Assembly (NCBI GenBank): GCA_002269645.1
Contig: NIVC01001106.1
Coordinates: 62,001 to 126,000, forward strand
Direction: 5' to 3'
DNA length: 64,000 bases
Source: Macrostomum lignano
Lineage: Eukaryota
Shown here: piece by piece, positions 1 through 12,710 of the stretch
Numbering within the stretch: the first letter of the stretch is position 1
How the letters are laid out: the number at the start of each line of letters is the position of its first letter
Translations under genes and position numbers: made by a program
The notes under the pieces: model-generated
The model's database searches: none
Seen by the model: the letters and a program-made list of their open reading frames with translations, nothing else
What the model was told of the DNA's origin: nothing

Positions 1-129
1 GAATTTCTCACTAAACTGTTATGGCTAAACGTAGCCTCTCCACTCTCGGGGTGCAGAGAAGGCTATAAATAAAGTTATTCCAAAACAGTGTACATTTGCT
101 ATGTACATTCAGTCCTATCGCCTGACCCT

Positions 130-775
130 TCGTCTGGCTCTGGGGGAATGAGTGAGTGAGTGGCACAAACAACAGAAAAAGCAGACAAACTTCACATGCT
201 TACAGTTTCTTTTTCGGTTGAGTTACAGAGTTGAAACTTTACATTTAGATAGAGAATGGGTCAATAAAGAATTGTGTCAAGTTTGAAGTCAATCGCTTTA
301 CGTGGAGCAAACTTATGGCAGCTGAAAGTTAGTCAATTTTGAAACCCTTTTACACATCTGGGCCCAGATCGGGAAAGAGAGGCGGGCGGAGGTTGGGGTG
401 GTTGCTACGCTGAAAAAACAGCCTAACTTTAAAAGTGCACAGCACCGCTCAGGATTAACTTTAAGACTCGAAATTTTACATGATTGTGCCAAAACAGTTT
501 AAGATTATCTGTGTCAAATTTGAAGAGAATCGGTAGAAGTGGAGCGGCGCTATAGAGGATTTAGTGAAAAAATTGCGCATTTTGAGCAGTTTTTTGCACT
601 TTTAGGTAGGAAGACTCAAATTTAGGAAATTAAAAGGTAGCCTAAGACATTCTCCGTAGTAAGTTTAGGGTGGGTGTAAAGTTTGGTGTAATTTGGTTGA
701 GCGGTTTGGGAGTCCATAGCGATCAAAATTGTCCACACACAGACAGAGTTTTGACTTTTATAGGTAGAGATTTTC
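130..775. mobile_element. Probable non-autonomous TE fragments (Helitron/Helentron-associated style)
   Basis: Recurrent tgtgtcaa(g/a)tttgaag motif (~273 and ~511). A block ends acacacagacagagttttgacttttataggtagagat (~735-771), an architecture recalled from Lep1/DINE-like elements. Not verified against a database. Confidence 0.3.
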
Positions 776-1452
776 GAATATTTCATCGACAAGGCAACTC
801 GTTCGCGAGGGAGAGTGAATGTTGTGTAGTTGGTTTGCAGATATGTACATATGCTATGTACATCTGTTTTCCGATATTGATCTGTCGCAGCTAAATGAAT
901 ATATAAGTATAAATATACCAGTCGGTAGGCCAACTTGGGCTAAGTTCGTGTGTACCCCTAAATTCAGTCTGACTTTCTCAACACAACATAGATCAGGAAG
1001 ATACTATAAGCAAAGTTTTAGACAGAAAAAGATACGCAGAATGCATCTTTAGATCAAAAAATAAAGCTTGAGGTATCGCATGCACTTTAAATGAGTGAGC
1101 TATCTAAATTTAGCTGACCATAAGAAATACAATTACTGTCAGCCTTGAAGAGAATCTAATTAAGAGAGGGTCTTTTTCCAAACTGTTTAATTTGCTGCAG
1201 CTGGCAACTCCGCACAAGCTATTCTTCAAAACTTAATATTCATAACCTGCGTCGCATATACCCAATCCCTCACAGCCAGCATGAGTGGCTCACCTGTCTA
1301 CACCCTAATTTGCCGTTAGAGCTCCCTCGAGGCATTAGAATGAGTGGCGAGCCGACTGCAATATTTATTGTGACACCCACCTGAGCAGTGTATTTTTAGA
1401 GGCCCTAACGCTAACCTACTAAGCAACTCTGGCTGACTGACTGGCTGACTAA

Positions 1453-1930
<478 letters not shown>

Positions 1931-3149
1931 AAAAAGTTAAAACAATGCAAGCTTATATTGTAATTAAGCTTAAAAATTGAAATTAACGTACGGCCGTGCA
2001 AAGATAGAGTTGTTGGAGTCGAAGGTTGTTGAGCGAAGGCAGCAGGTTGTACTTCCGGAGTATTAAAGAAATCTAAATACAGTAAAACAAACTAAATGAC
2101 AAGTAATGTGATTTTACCGCACTAATGTATTATAATTTGTATTGATGATTCACATTTACAATTATAAAAAACTTGAAAATCTAAAATTAATAACAATAAC
2201 TGGATAAATAGTGACGATCTTATTATTTGACTGGCAGTTCAACCGCGTCCATATGGACTATATATAGTCCAAAGACTCCAATCTTGTGTACACGAGATAT
2301 ACGGGGCTTTTTAGCCCAAGAAATGCATGCAAACCTACTAGTATTGCAGGCTATACAGCTCTACGTCAAGAAACATCCGTAATAAAATGGCGCAAGTTTG
2401 TTTTTTACTTTGACCAGGTTTTAGAATAGAATTGGGAGCTTACTGCAGTCTGCTTAGCTTAACTTTATTAGGCCAGGCCCTACGCCCTAGGGCCTATTTC
2501 TATCCTATTATAGTCCTACTAAACAATTTCCTACTAGGCCGATATCAGTTTTCGATTTGGTAATATTTTTCTTATTGCATGATATAATAACAAATAATCT
2601 TATTTCAATACTTGACCATGGCATAATGACAAAGCCTTGATATAATATTTATATACTTATATACTTTTATATATATCAAGTCGAAAAGTCCTTGTAATTG
2701 TGGTCAAGTATTGAAATAGGAAGATAGGGCCTATCCCTAAGTGATAGGGCCTATTCCCAGGTGAATCCCTAGGTTGCACCCAAGCATGATCTGTATACAT
2801 ATATATTGTACATGTAGTATACATACATGCATGCCACACAGTGAATGTTTACATTATAATCAGGTTTATTATAAACCAAATGTAAAATGCAATGTTTTGA
2901 AATTTAATGAATTATAAATTTTATAAGAGCTTTACAAATCATTAAGTTTTGTCGAAACAATGCATATAAGCAATAAGTGCAGTGGATATAAGCCATGTGG
3001 TTACTAGAAGTCATTCATATTAGAAAGTATATGTATACAAGTCATTTAAAAGTCTTGCACTTAGCTGCAATTTAGGTATTACTATTGCTATTGCTATTGT
3101 TCTGCTTTGTTCACAAAATACATAATATGGCTAAGTTACTAAGTATTAT

Positions 3150-3800
3150 ATAGCCGAGCAGGAATATATAAATAAAAAATATCTGCTGTAGTACTATTTC
3201 TTCTACTGCTCCATTTGTACTTGCAGCTGCTTCTACCATACCCAATGTTATTCTTGTAGTCCTTGTTGCATTAGTATGGCATGCATAGATACTAGTAGCA
3301 TCTCCCTGTAGAGCAGCTGAATGAGAGGGTATAGGGTGAGTTGCACTCTCAGCCTACTGATTTAGTCACCAATGCTAACCTTCCACCTTGTTTGTCTAGA
3401 TAAACTGGCCAATGGCCATAAAAATGTTTTTTTTTCATCAATGCAATGTATAGGGTTGGTCAGTCATATACTATTGATGTACTTAGCCAGGTCCAGTAAA
3501 AGTGGTGCTTATATTATACTCTAGTGATAACTTGTACCAGGTTATTGTTCATATGCTAGTATGGTAAATATAGCAGGCCCATGGGTATCCTAGTGATTTT
3601 TTTGTACATGGGTCTATCTCTATCAGGTAGGCCTGTTATACTCCTAGATACTAAATGCAACAAAATATTACCTGTGCATAGTGAAAAAGGCAGCCTTGAA
3701 GCCTTGACTATAGGGAAGATGGCTTGCAAGGCCTGTCATACAATATATGTAGCATGTGAAGAGAGTATAATAGAGAGAATCTTTTTAAGTTTTGAGAGAA
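3150..3800 (-). pseudogene. Decayed Mutator-like (MULE) transposase
   Basis: Minus-strand translation gives ordered MULE motifs across frameshifts and stops: QALQAIFP, GCLFHYAQ (3681-3695 = GCLFH), MGLLYLPY*H (LMALPFLP-like), TNKVEG*HW*LNQ (TNNxxEGWH-like) and LYPLIQLLYRE. Confidence 0.75.
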
Positions 3801-5499
3801 TAGTGGACATTAGACAGAGTTGAAAGGGGTGGCATGAAGAGAAATATATGAAAGTGAATGAGTAAACTAAGTATATAAGAGTACAAAAAAATTAAAGGCA
3901 TCTGCTTCTGTAAAAGCAAAGATACTAGTTATTGAATTTTGATTATAATAGAACTGCAACATGCTCACATAATTGGTCCAATCAATAGCCAACTGAAATG
4001 TGTCTATAAATTCTTAAAATTCCCTAAATTAATTCTGGGATATATGAAAAAAGTTATATTGAATACAAAACTAACATCAGGCCTAATTAAGTTGGACTAC
4101 TTGACAATTCTGTAAAAGTGAAGAATTTTGTAAATACTCTTGCATCTATCCACAGCAATATATTAGTGTAACTACCCTCTTTGCAACATTCTTAGGTCTG
4201 ATTTACTTGTTTGCACATAGGAAAGTAAGGCCTAAGAAGTTTTTTGTTTTTGTTCTGTTTTGTTTTTTTGACAAAGGCAATGTTTTTTATTATGACCTAT
4301 AGCCTATAGGGCCTATTATCTTGGCCCAGGAATATCTTAGGACTTTGTTAATGTAAGCTTTGTGTTTAACTATTAAATATACTAATCTAGCATAGGCTTA
4401 AGCTTAATAGGTTATTAGGGGTTGACAAACTTTCTTTAACAGCTAGATAAAAATCTATATTATTAAGACTCTAGGTCAAAGGAAAAAAGAAGAGAGAAGA
4501 GTATATCTCTTATTCAAAAAATGCAAATATATTAAAAACCATAGCCACACAGACTAAAGATTTATATTTGCAAAATGGCAAATAAAGTTACTTTTTCATA
4601 GGAAGCTGACATGAATAATCAAAATTGCCAGAGGGTCTAAAGTGATTAAAAAAGATATGCACATAGTATTAGTATATGAATTATTTTATAATAGCTAAGT
4701 ACTTTAAAAAAGTCTTGATTTAATTCAGAGTTAGTGCTAGATAAAAATCTAAAAGTCTAGCCTTCAAAACTCTTAATGATAAGATAAAAATTGGTAAGAA
4801 TTAAAGTATGTGATAAAAAGCTATGTGCATATCAAAGGCTGAATTTATAACACTCAAGGATCTAGTAGCTATGGCAGAGCAATACCAAGGCTTATTAGTG
4901 TTTGGGCACCTTGTCCATTAGGATGCATCAGTATAAATTAAATTAAGAAACTGCTTATTTACTACACTAAAAGATTTTTATATGAATTGATTAAGCTATA
5001 CTTTTTATAAAAACCAAAATTCATAAAAAATTCCCACTTCTATGCATCAGCTCAATTTGTGATAAATGGGAAGATGAATAAGATAGAGATAAGAACAAAG
5101 ATAAAAGAAAAGGGCAATACTTGCTAAAAAGTCTAAAAATTTAGTAACATTGATTCTATTCCTTTTCTATGACTTGCATACACCTATATAGTAATAATTC
5201 TTTTACACAACATAGCGCTGCATTTTTAGCTATATACTAGCAATCTGCACTGCGTTTGTTGGATAAGAAAAGAATATTTTCTTGAATGAGCTAGGTATAG
5301 GTATTTTGACCTTGTACATCCACTATTGTTGGCATCCTATAAGAAAATATATATTTAAAGCAAGAAACCTAAAAGCTAGCTGTCTAGCCTATTATATCGG
5401 AATCCTCTGTGAGCTTTGAGATCAAAGCTTCTCTTTAAGCCATGGCTTAACCCTAACTCCATTTGATATACCTTTGGCTTGGCCTACCAACAACTTCAT

Positions 5500-5760
5500 G
5501 TTAACAACCTCCCATAAGCCACAGCATTTCAGCAATCCCCTCACGAGTATTGGCATCTTAGCAGTTCCTCAGTGAGCATTGACATTTTAGCAACTCCACC
5601 TGTGAGTTTTTCTACCTTAGTGAGTAGTGACTCCACCTGTGAGTCTTGCTATCTCAGCAATTTTCAAAATGAGCCTTTATATCTTAGCAATCCCCCATGA
5701 GCCACAGCATTTCATTAATCCCCTCATGAGTTTTGACATCTCAGCAGTTCCCAATGAGCT
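5500..5760 (+). repeat. Degenerate minisatellite (gacat[ct]t[ct]agca / cagcatttcagcaatcccc), related copy at ~7140-7215
   Basis: The same motifs recur at 5520-5760 and 7140-7215. Confidence 0.55.
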
Positions 5761-6345
5761 CTGATTTTCAGCTATTCACCCTTCTATTAGAGCCATTGTT
5801 ATTATTGCCATTGTCACTGTCCATACTCCTTACTTCTTTACGTTTCTGTTTTCCAATTTGCTTGAAAAATAGCAGAGCACTGCAAAAGTCAACAGGAGTT
5901 TCCTGTTGCACCTGACAACCTGGCTTCATTGGGGCGGCCCGAAGTTCTAGCTTGCTTTGCATTATTTGATGTGTCATTTTGACGCCTCTTTGTTGGCAGA
6001 AATGTCCTAGTAATAAGATCTTGCAGCACTTTGCAATGGTTCTTCGCATAGGTTATTTTCCCTTTCCTCAACTGTAGCATCAATGTCTTCCAGATGGATT
6101 TGATCGATGGTTTTCCCTTTCAGCTTGTCAAATTGGCCGGCTTCGATAGTGAGCATTAGTTTTCCAACCTTTGCCAACTCAATAGCGTCTTAATGAAGCC
6201 GATAAAAAGGTGTTTTGTACCTTTAAGCTATGCCAGATTGGTTGGACAGCACATTCAAGTATATTATCTCGTAGTTCTAGTATTTAAGACACAGTTGCAA
6301 CATATTTTTTCAGATAAGTAGAGGCCAGTCATTCGGGAAATTTAG
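5760..6345 (-). pseudogene. Tyrosine-recombinase (Crypton-like) gene fragment, C-terminal catalytic region
   Basis: Minus strand 6345-6060 reconstructs across stops and frameshifts as PE*LASTYLKKYVATVS*ILELRDNILE..SN.(L)GHSLKVQN.FYRLH*DAIELAKVGKLMLTIEAGQFDKLKGKTIDQIHLEDID. This follows the LRK..AT..Q..L..GH...H..YY pattern of metazoan Crypton-like YR proteins. Confidence 0.7.
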
Positions 6346-6694
6346 CTACCAATTTGCCTAACAGATACAAAACAGACACCATTTTTTGAAAATGGGTTGT
6401 GGGAAATTTTGATTTTCGTGGACCTCGGTTTAGATGGACCGCGTGAAGGATCCAAGTAAACTGAAACTCTTGTAACTTGGAACCAACAGCACTTTGAATG
6501 AGCAACTTTGAGGACCACCTTTGTTAGACTCCATTTTAGGTCTATTTAAAATTTGTTAGACTCCATTTTAGGTCTATTTAAAAAGTTTTAGCTTTTTATG
6601 TCGAAAAAATATAGAGTGGACCATGTAAGGGGGGTCCAGATAACATTGGTGATCCATGTAAGGAGGGAAAAATACTGACAAAATGTCCAAGTAA

Positions 6695-6822
6695 ACACAG
6701 ACAGAGAAACAGTCAGACACTAAGACAGATAGACAGACACTAAGACAGATAGACACTGACACAGATAGACAGACACTAAGACAGGCAGACAGAGAGACAG
6801 TCAGACAGATAGACACTAAGAT

Positions 6823-6921
<99 letters not shown>

Positions 6922-7135
6922 CTAAGACAGGCAGAAAGAGAGACATCAGACGAAAGACACTAAGACAGATTAGTGAGAGTCAGACAGTGAGAGACAGATA
7001 CTGACAGGCAGACAGAGAGAGACAGACAGAGACAGAAAGACACTAAGACAGACAGAGGGACAGAAAGACACTAAGACAGACAGAGGGACAGAAAGACACT
7101 AAGACAGACAGAAAGACAGTATAACAGACACTAAA
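6695..7135 (+). repeat. Compound (GACA)n/(GA)n microsatellite with cactaagacag units
   Basis: Read directly. Confidence 0.95.
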
Positions 7136-7250
7136 ATGTGAGCTTTGACATCTCATCAATCCCCCCAACAGCCAAAGCATTTCAGTAATTCCCCCACCAC
7201 ATCTCAGCAATTTTGCTCACTATCAATTATCTGCAGCACCACGGCCAGCC

Positions 7251-7487
7251 ATGACAGCAGCGGGAGCCAAGCCGATAAGTTTCTTTCACGCCGTTGATTG
7301 GAGCATAGTCTTCAGTAAGGATCACGGTCGCGACATTAATGTTGAGAAAATGTGCGACGTCGGCGCTTTGCTAATTGAATTCTTTGATTTGCTCGGCTTC
7401 GCTTTCAAGCCCGTGCGCAACGATGTTGCCGGAAATCTAAAAAAGATCCGCAACTCGTTTGAAGCTGAGCCCAACGAACGACGGACG
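7251..7487 (+). CDS. GLTP: Glycolipid transfer protein (GLTP-domain) gene, exon 1
   Basis: ATG at 7251; 79 codons including IEFFDLLGFAFKPVRNDVAGNLKKI (GLTP N-terminal motif); donor GTGAGT at 7488; phase 0. Confidence 0.88.
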
Positions 7488-7581
7488 GTGAGTGTTTTTG
7501 GTGCTGTGATAATAATAGTGCCTGAGATTGCTGCTTTGAGGCTGACTGAGACTGTTCCGACTGACTGATAGACTTCATTAA

Positions 7582-9648
7582 TGATAAGTTAAATCAGTCA
7601 TTATTAGTTTATTAAAGGCTAACATAATTATTACTGGCTCAGTATAAACGCTATTTATTAAAAAGTTATTATCGAGTTATTATCTGGAGCATGATAGCAA
7701 GCCAATTTTGCCTATTTGTCACTGTCGTGGCTGAACTGCATAAATAAAACTCAATGGGGAGGCTAAAATTGCAAAAACATCACGAAAACTAAATCTGTAA
7801 ATGGTAAATGACTGCAGGATAAAATCACTCAGCTGCATTGTCCCCAATGCAGGCCTGGCATATTTGTTCCAAGTGCTCAGCGCAGCAATGCTTCTGACAG
7901 TTGGCACATCGCGTTCGCGTCTGCGGTCAGCTGAGCGGCTGCACAGGTGGCACCTGCCCTTCTGAACTGCACGTGCTGAAGCGGGCATGTGCCTAACAGC
8001 TTCTACCTGGTGCCTCAGTGGCTGCGTCAAAGTCTTGCCCAATGCCACCAGATATAGCCTGCGTCGATAGGGAGCATTAGCTGTTTGGAAAGACAGCCTC
8101 GTGGAGCAGGAAAGCGTACAGACTGGCGATGTTCAGAAGGTTGCAAAACACTGCCGCATGCCAGCGCCTCGACTTGTACTTAGTTGAGTACAAGGATGTC
8201 ATCTGATCCATCAGGTCTGTGCCACCATTCGTTGCATTGTAGTCGAGGATGACCTGAGGCTTCTGGGCTGGATGCGCCGAAATGTGTGGACTGCTGTGCT
8301 GCGATGACAGAATCAGCACCAGCTTATTTGCCTTGGCCTTGTATGTAGCCAACTGAATTTTGTCCTCTTCCGTGTAGGCAAATTCAGTTGAGTGAAGCTG
8401 CCTGCCTCGGCAGGTTCGCATCTGCAGCGGCACCTCTCGGCGATGTGCTCGCATGCTGCCTAGAAGAGTAAGGTTCCAGTGTTGAAGACTTCGTGCCAGG
8501 CTGAGTGAGCAGAAGAAATTGTCCACCGTGATCCCTATACGCTCGTACCTGATCCTCGCAGGCCTTCAGCCAACTTCAGCACCACATGTTCACCAAGACT
8601 GACCTCTTGATGCTCGTCACGTCCGGCATACATCTCCAGGTTCCAGCAGTAGGCGTTGGCTGCATCGTTCAGGCACCAGAACTTGAGACCGTACTTTGCC
8701 GGCTTCATTGGCATGTACCGGCAGCGGCCTCGGTAAGGGAATAGTTGTTCATCAACTGTCACCGCTCCAGATGGAACATAACACTTTTGGGAGTTGCTCA
8801 CAAATCCATCGAGCAGGAGGCGAACAGCTGCAAGCTTGTCTCTCAGCAGCCGCGCTTCCCTCGTTACTCGGTTGTCAAAACGAAGGAAATGGAGAAGGCT
8901 CTTCAAGCGAGACAAGCTCATCGTCTCGGAGAAGATCTTTCACCCATAGTCCTTGCTCCAAAGCTCCTCAATGCTCTCCATATGCCCTTGAATACACCTT
9001 GGATGCAAAGACCGATGTAGCAGTATATCTCGTCTCTTGTTGTTGGAGACCAGGCGCGACCGAGAACTCTAGTGGCCTCTCGATTCGTTTCGACAACAAT
9101 GACAACCATGTCAGTGTCAAACAGGAGTTTGAAGGCAGACTCTTCATCATGCAGTCTTGCTGCGGCGAACTGCGTTATGCCAGGCCGGAGACGCAGAATG
9201 TTGGCTGCTGGCCTCTGCCCAACTTGGTCAGACTCTTTTAAGTCAACATGTGCATCGGGAATGCTAACGTCTTGAGAAAGAATTGTCTACAGCGCACGAG
9301 ATTTGGCTTCCCGCATTGGTCTGGCCATCCTTGTCACAACGTAGAAGCGGCACTACAGCGTCAGAAAAACTTTTTGTCAAAGCTGGCGTGGTCGAAAGTA
9401 ATGAGGTTTGCTTTGCAATGGCCTTTATTGCTGGTGCATTGGCCATAGACATTCACTTATTATATACTTGGCCATAGATACTTGGGGTCCAATGGACCCC
9501 ATAAATCAGAAACCGAATAAGCTTAATTATTGAAGCTTCTGTACATGACAGTGTTATTACTTTACGTGCATATACAGACCCTAGAATTAGTTATTTTATT
9601 TGCTTATTTCTCTGTAGGGTCCAATGGACCCCATTTATTGTTTGAGGG
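7582..9648 (-). mobile_element. Defective piggyBac transposon in the GLTP intron (antisense)
   Basis: Frameshifted transposase 9452-7825 with TVDEQLFPYRGRC..YMPMKPAKYGLKFW, ITVDNFF, YNATNGGTDLMDQ and a C-terminal Cys-rich GRCHLC..CANCQKHCC domain. The terminus reads CCCTC on the minus strand next to TTAA (9649-9652). The palindrome gggtccaatggacccc occurs at ~9484 and ~9617. No CCC terminus is visible at the other end; a candidate TTAA lies at 7578-7581. Confidence 0.9.
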
Positions 9649-9798
9649 TTAATCCCTGGCTAGGATTAAGATCTTGAGTTTTCAGAGGAGGAGCTGAGAT
9701 TGGCGAAATTCTGTCGTCACCTGGGATTCTATAGCATCTAGTTGATGACAGTAAAACTAGAGCGAGTGCGGTAACAATAATGTTTCCGAGTGTTAGAT

Positions 9799-9885
<87 letters not shown>

Positions 9886-9908
9886 GTTAGACACTAAGAC
9901 AGATAGAC
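9799..9908 (+). repeat. (GACA)n microsatellite
   Basis: Read directly. Confidence 0.97.
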
Positions 9909-10999
9909 GTAATAGCCGTAAAGACGGTCTCTAACTGCTTTTGCCCTGGCTGCCTTCTGGCGGCATTTCTCGGGTTGTGCGCAATCCAATTGGCCTATCT
10001 ATCGAGTAGCCCAATCTTAAGTGTCCTCGCCGGAGGCGATGTACACATCTAAAAATAGACCCTGTACTTTTTCTAATTTTCGGCCCTGCCTTGGTTTAGG
10101 AGGGTCTACCTGGAGTGAGTGGGACTCTGGACTGCAGTGTGGCTAGATCGGGACTTGAGTCCCCCGGTCGTACCCGCCCTGCAGGAAAGACGACCATTCA
10201 CAAAAATGTACGGTAGAGCCCATTAGATGCCAGCCCTGAGGCTGAGCCCCAGAATAAGGGTTCAAGTCATTTTTTAGTCCTTTGTGTTTTAGCTTTGTGC
10301 TTTTATCCCTGGCATTTCAGCCGCCCAATCTTTTGATTTATGAGCTCCGCACTTCCTGGTCCATCTTGCTCGCCTTGGTCCATCTGCTGGCTCCTCTGGT
10401 AGTCTCCCTGCTTATTGTGCCTTGGCTCTCATCTCTGACATTGGATTGGTGTCCTGGGGTTGATGTTCGTCCCGAATCAGGGGGAAAACCGGCTGAGTCT
10501 GGTTTGCGCCCTCTCTCCGACCCCTTGGCCTGGCCTTATTCGAGCTGGATAGCAAAAAAGCCTTGAGGCTTGCAGCCCTATAGGAGGTCTTCCGAGGGGC
10601 CTACCTGACAGGAAACTCACCCTTGGTAAACTAGCTGCCCAGACTCGCCCCAATCTAAAGCATCTTTCCGTAGACTTCGGGTTCTCCCGCTCTCGAACCG
10701 CTTTCCAAAAATTTTGGAAAATTTTTGCGCACACTCGGGTTTTGTCATTGGGGGGGGGGTGGCTTGGGTGGATTCGGTCCTTGCACCGTCCCTGATTCCA
10801 CAGTTGGTTTGGCGGTGTCTTAGTCCATAGGCTTGGGTTAGTAGCACCCAATAAGGCTTTCACCAGGCCTTTAGTCCTAGTCCCAATCTGGGCCTCTCGG
10901 GATTTGGCCCCTGGCAGTATAGCCCCACTATAATTCAGCAGCAAAGCCCTTCTCTGGGCTGATCCGCGGGTAGCTCCCAGCTTCCGTCCTCGTTTAACA
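9909..10999 (-). mobile_element. 1.09-kb solo-LTR-like insert within a GACA tract
   Basis: Minus strand starts TGTTAAAC and ends CTATTAC. It is flanked on both sides by GACA-type repeats, with aagacagatagac at 9896-9908 and 10999-11011. No recognisable protein. Confidence 0.45.
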
Positions 11000-11392
11000 A
11001 GACAGATAGACAGACAGACAGACAAACACTAAGACAGGCAGGCAGATGATAAAGCAGGCATCAATAGGCATTATGACACCAAAACATTCACTAAGGCGGA
11101 CGGACAGCAAGACGTTAAAACGTTGCAAACTGGCGCTTATAACCGTCCATTACTGAGCTTTTTAAGCGTAAGATTTATAGTGCCAGCTAGCGACAGTCAG
11201 AAACATCTCCACCCTACCCTTGACATTGCTGAGGCTCTCTTACCCAAAGAAGCTGGGAAAAATACACTGAAAAACACGGGTTGTTAATTCGGGATTAAGA
11301 AATTAATTTGAATTCCGCCTTAATCTCTTACTAAGATCATGCTTGCCATAAGCTAGACTATACGGACATTTATATACCACCCTCCGCCGCAG

Positions 11393-11869
11393 ATTGGCGA
11401 GCTGCTGCAGCGCGAGTCGGACACAAAAGCGGACAAGAAAGACCCAAGCGGGACCATCGGCCTGCTGTGGTTCAAGCGCGCCCTCGAATATATATACAAG
11501 CTGCTAACACTAATATACGAGAGCCGCGATCGAGTGGAAGATTTTGGCACGTCGGAGCTCAGCGTTAAAGCTTACGACTGCACCCTGAGGCACCGGCACG
11601 GCTGGTTCATGCGCAAAACATTCAACCTGGTGTCCTCGGCGTCGCCCTACCGCAGCAAGCTGATAGAGAAGCTGGCCTATGGCAACGTCGAACTGCCGCA
11701 TTCTCAGATCTACGCAGCTATGGAACCGTTTCTTGACGGCATGCGCAGCTTCGTTGAGAACATGGACAGCCTGCTGATCAGCTTTGGCGTTGAGACGCCG
11801 ATAGGCGCGGCGACTGCGGAGGCTGCCGCAGACGAAGACGCTGCTGCAGCTGATACAGCCGCTGCTTAA
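11393..11869 (+). CDS. GLTP: GLTP-domain gene, exon 2 (spliced product ~237 aa)
   Basis: Acceptor cgcAG at 11391-11392; in frame with exon 1. Encodes GTIGLLWFKRAL (LxWxKR signature), AYDCTLRHRHGW and SASPYRSK; TAA ends at 11869. Confidence 0.9.
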   Translation: MGELLQRESDTKADKKDPSGTIGLLWFKRALEYIYKLLTLIYESRDRVEDFGTSELSVKAYDCTLRHRHGWFMRKTFNLVSSASPYRSKLIEKLAYGNVELPHSQIYAAMEPFLDGMRSFVENMDSLLISFGVETPIGAATAEAAADEDAAAADTAAA

Positions 11870-12529
11870 GCATGCGTCGGAATGATCGAATAATTTCATA
11901 ATTTTCCAATGACTAATTGATGGATTTCAGATAGATTTATTCTCTTTAAGCTTTTTATAGCAAAATTGCTACTTTTTTCTATTTAAACTCGCGGTACGGT
12001 TTAGTAATTGTTAGCTTTTTGTTTTAGCCCCAATTTTATCCATAGTAGTGTGTGATATAATATTTTGAAAACTAGATAACGTGTTAGATGACGCTTTTTT
12101 GGCGAGAATTTGAATTTTTTTGGTAAGCCAGTAATACTGTATTGGTGAAAGTTGTTTGCGCTTAGCTCCACAGGCACTTATTATTTAAGGCCATTATTGT
12201 AAGCAGCATATCAGTAACCTGCTCCTAGAACATTATAAAGAACACAAATTCGTAATTTGTAAAGCGTATTAATAATGCGTTTGTTCAAAAAACGTTCTTA
12301 TGATTTCAACTTATTTCTGCGTTAAGCTGGCATGTTGAGTATTAAGCTTAAGCTCTTAGTCTATGTAGCTCCTTCAATGTTTTGTATCGTTTGCTGTGCG
12401 AGTGTACGGTCGCTGTTGGCTTTACGCTTATTTAGGACAGCTAGCCTATTGAATCCTATTGATCTATTGATTACTTGTTTCTGGAAGACTATTTAGTGGT
12501 TTGAATCATATTTCCACGTGTCGCTACCA

Positions 12530-12710
12530 GTACACCGATGTACACTCGGCCGCGCTAGGCTAACCCCAGCTATCCCTTACCCCAATTGTACACTTGGCCA
12601 CGCGAGGCTAATCCCAAACATCCCTTACCCCAATTGTACACTTGGCCGCGCTAGGCTAACCCCAACCATCCCTTACCCCAATGTACACTCGGCCGCGCTA
12701 GGCTGCAGTG
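12530..12710 (+). repeat. ~48-49 bp tandem repeat, ~3.5 copies
   Basis: Unit approximately tgtacactcggccgcgctaggctaaccccagctatcccttaccccaat. Confidence 0.85.

Noticed and set aside
10010-10050. HDV-like ribozyme (tcctcg motif)
   Set aside because: Could not build the nested double pseudoknot.
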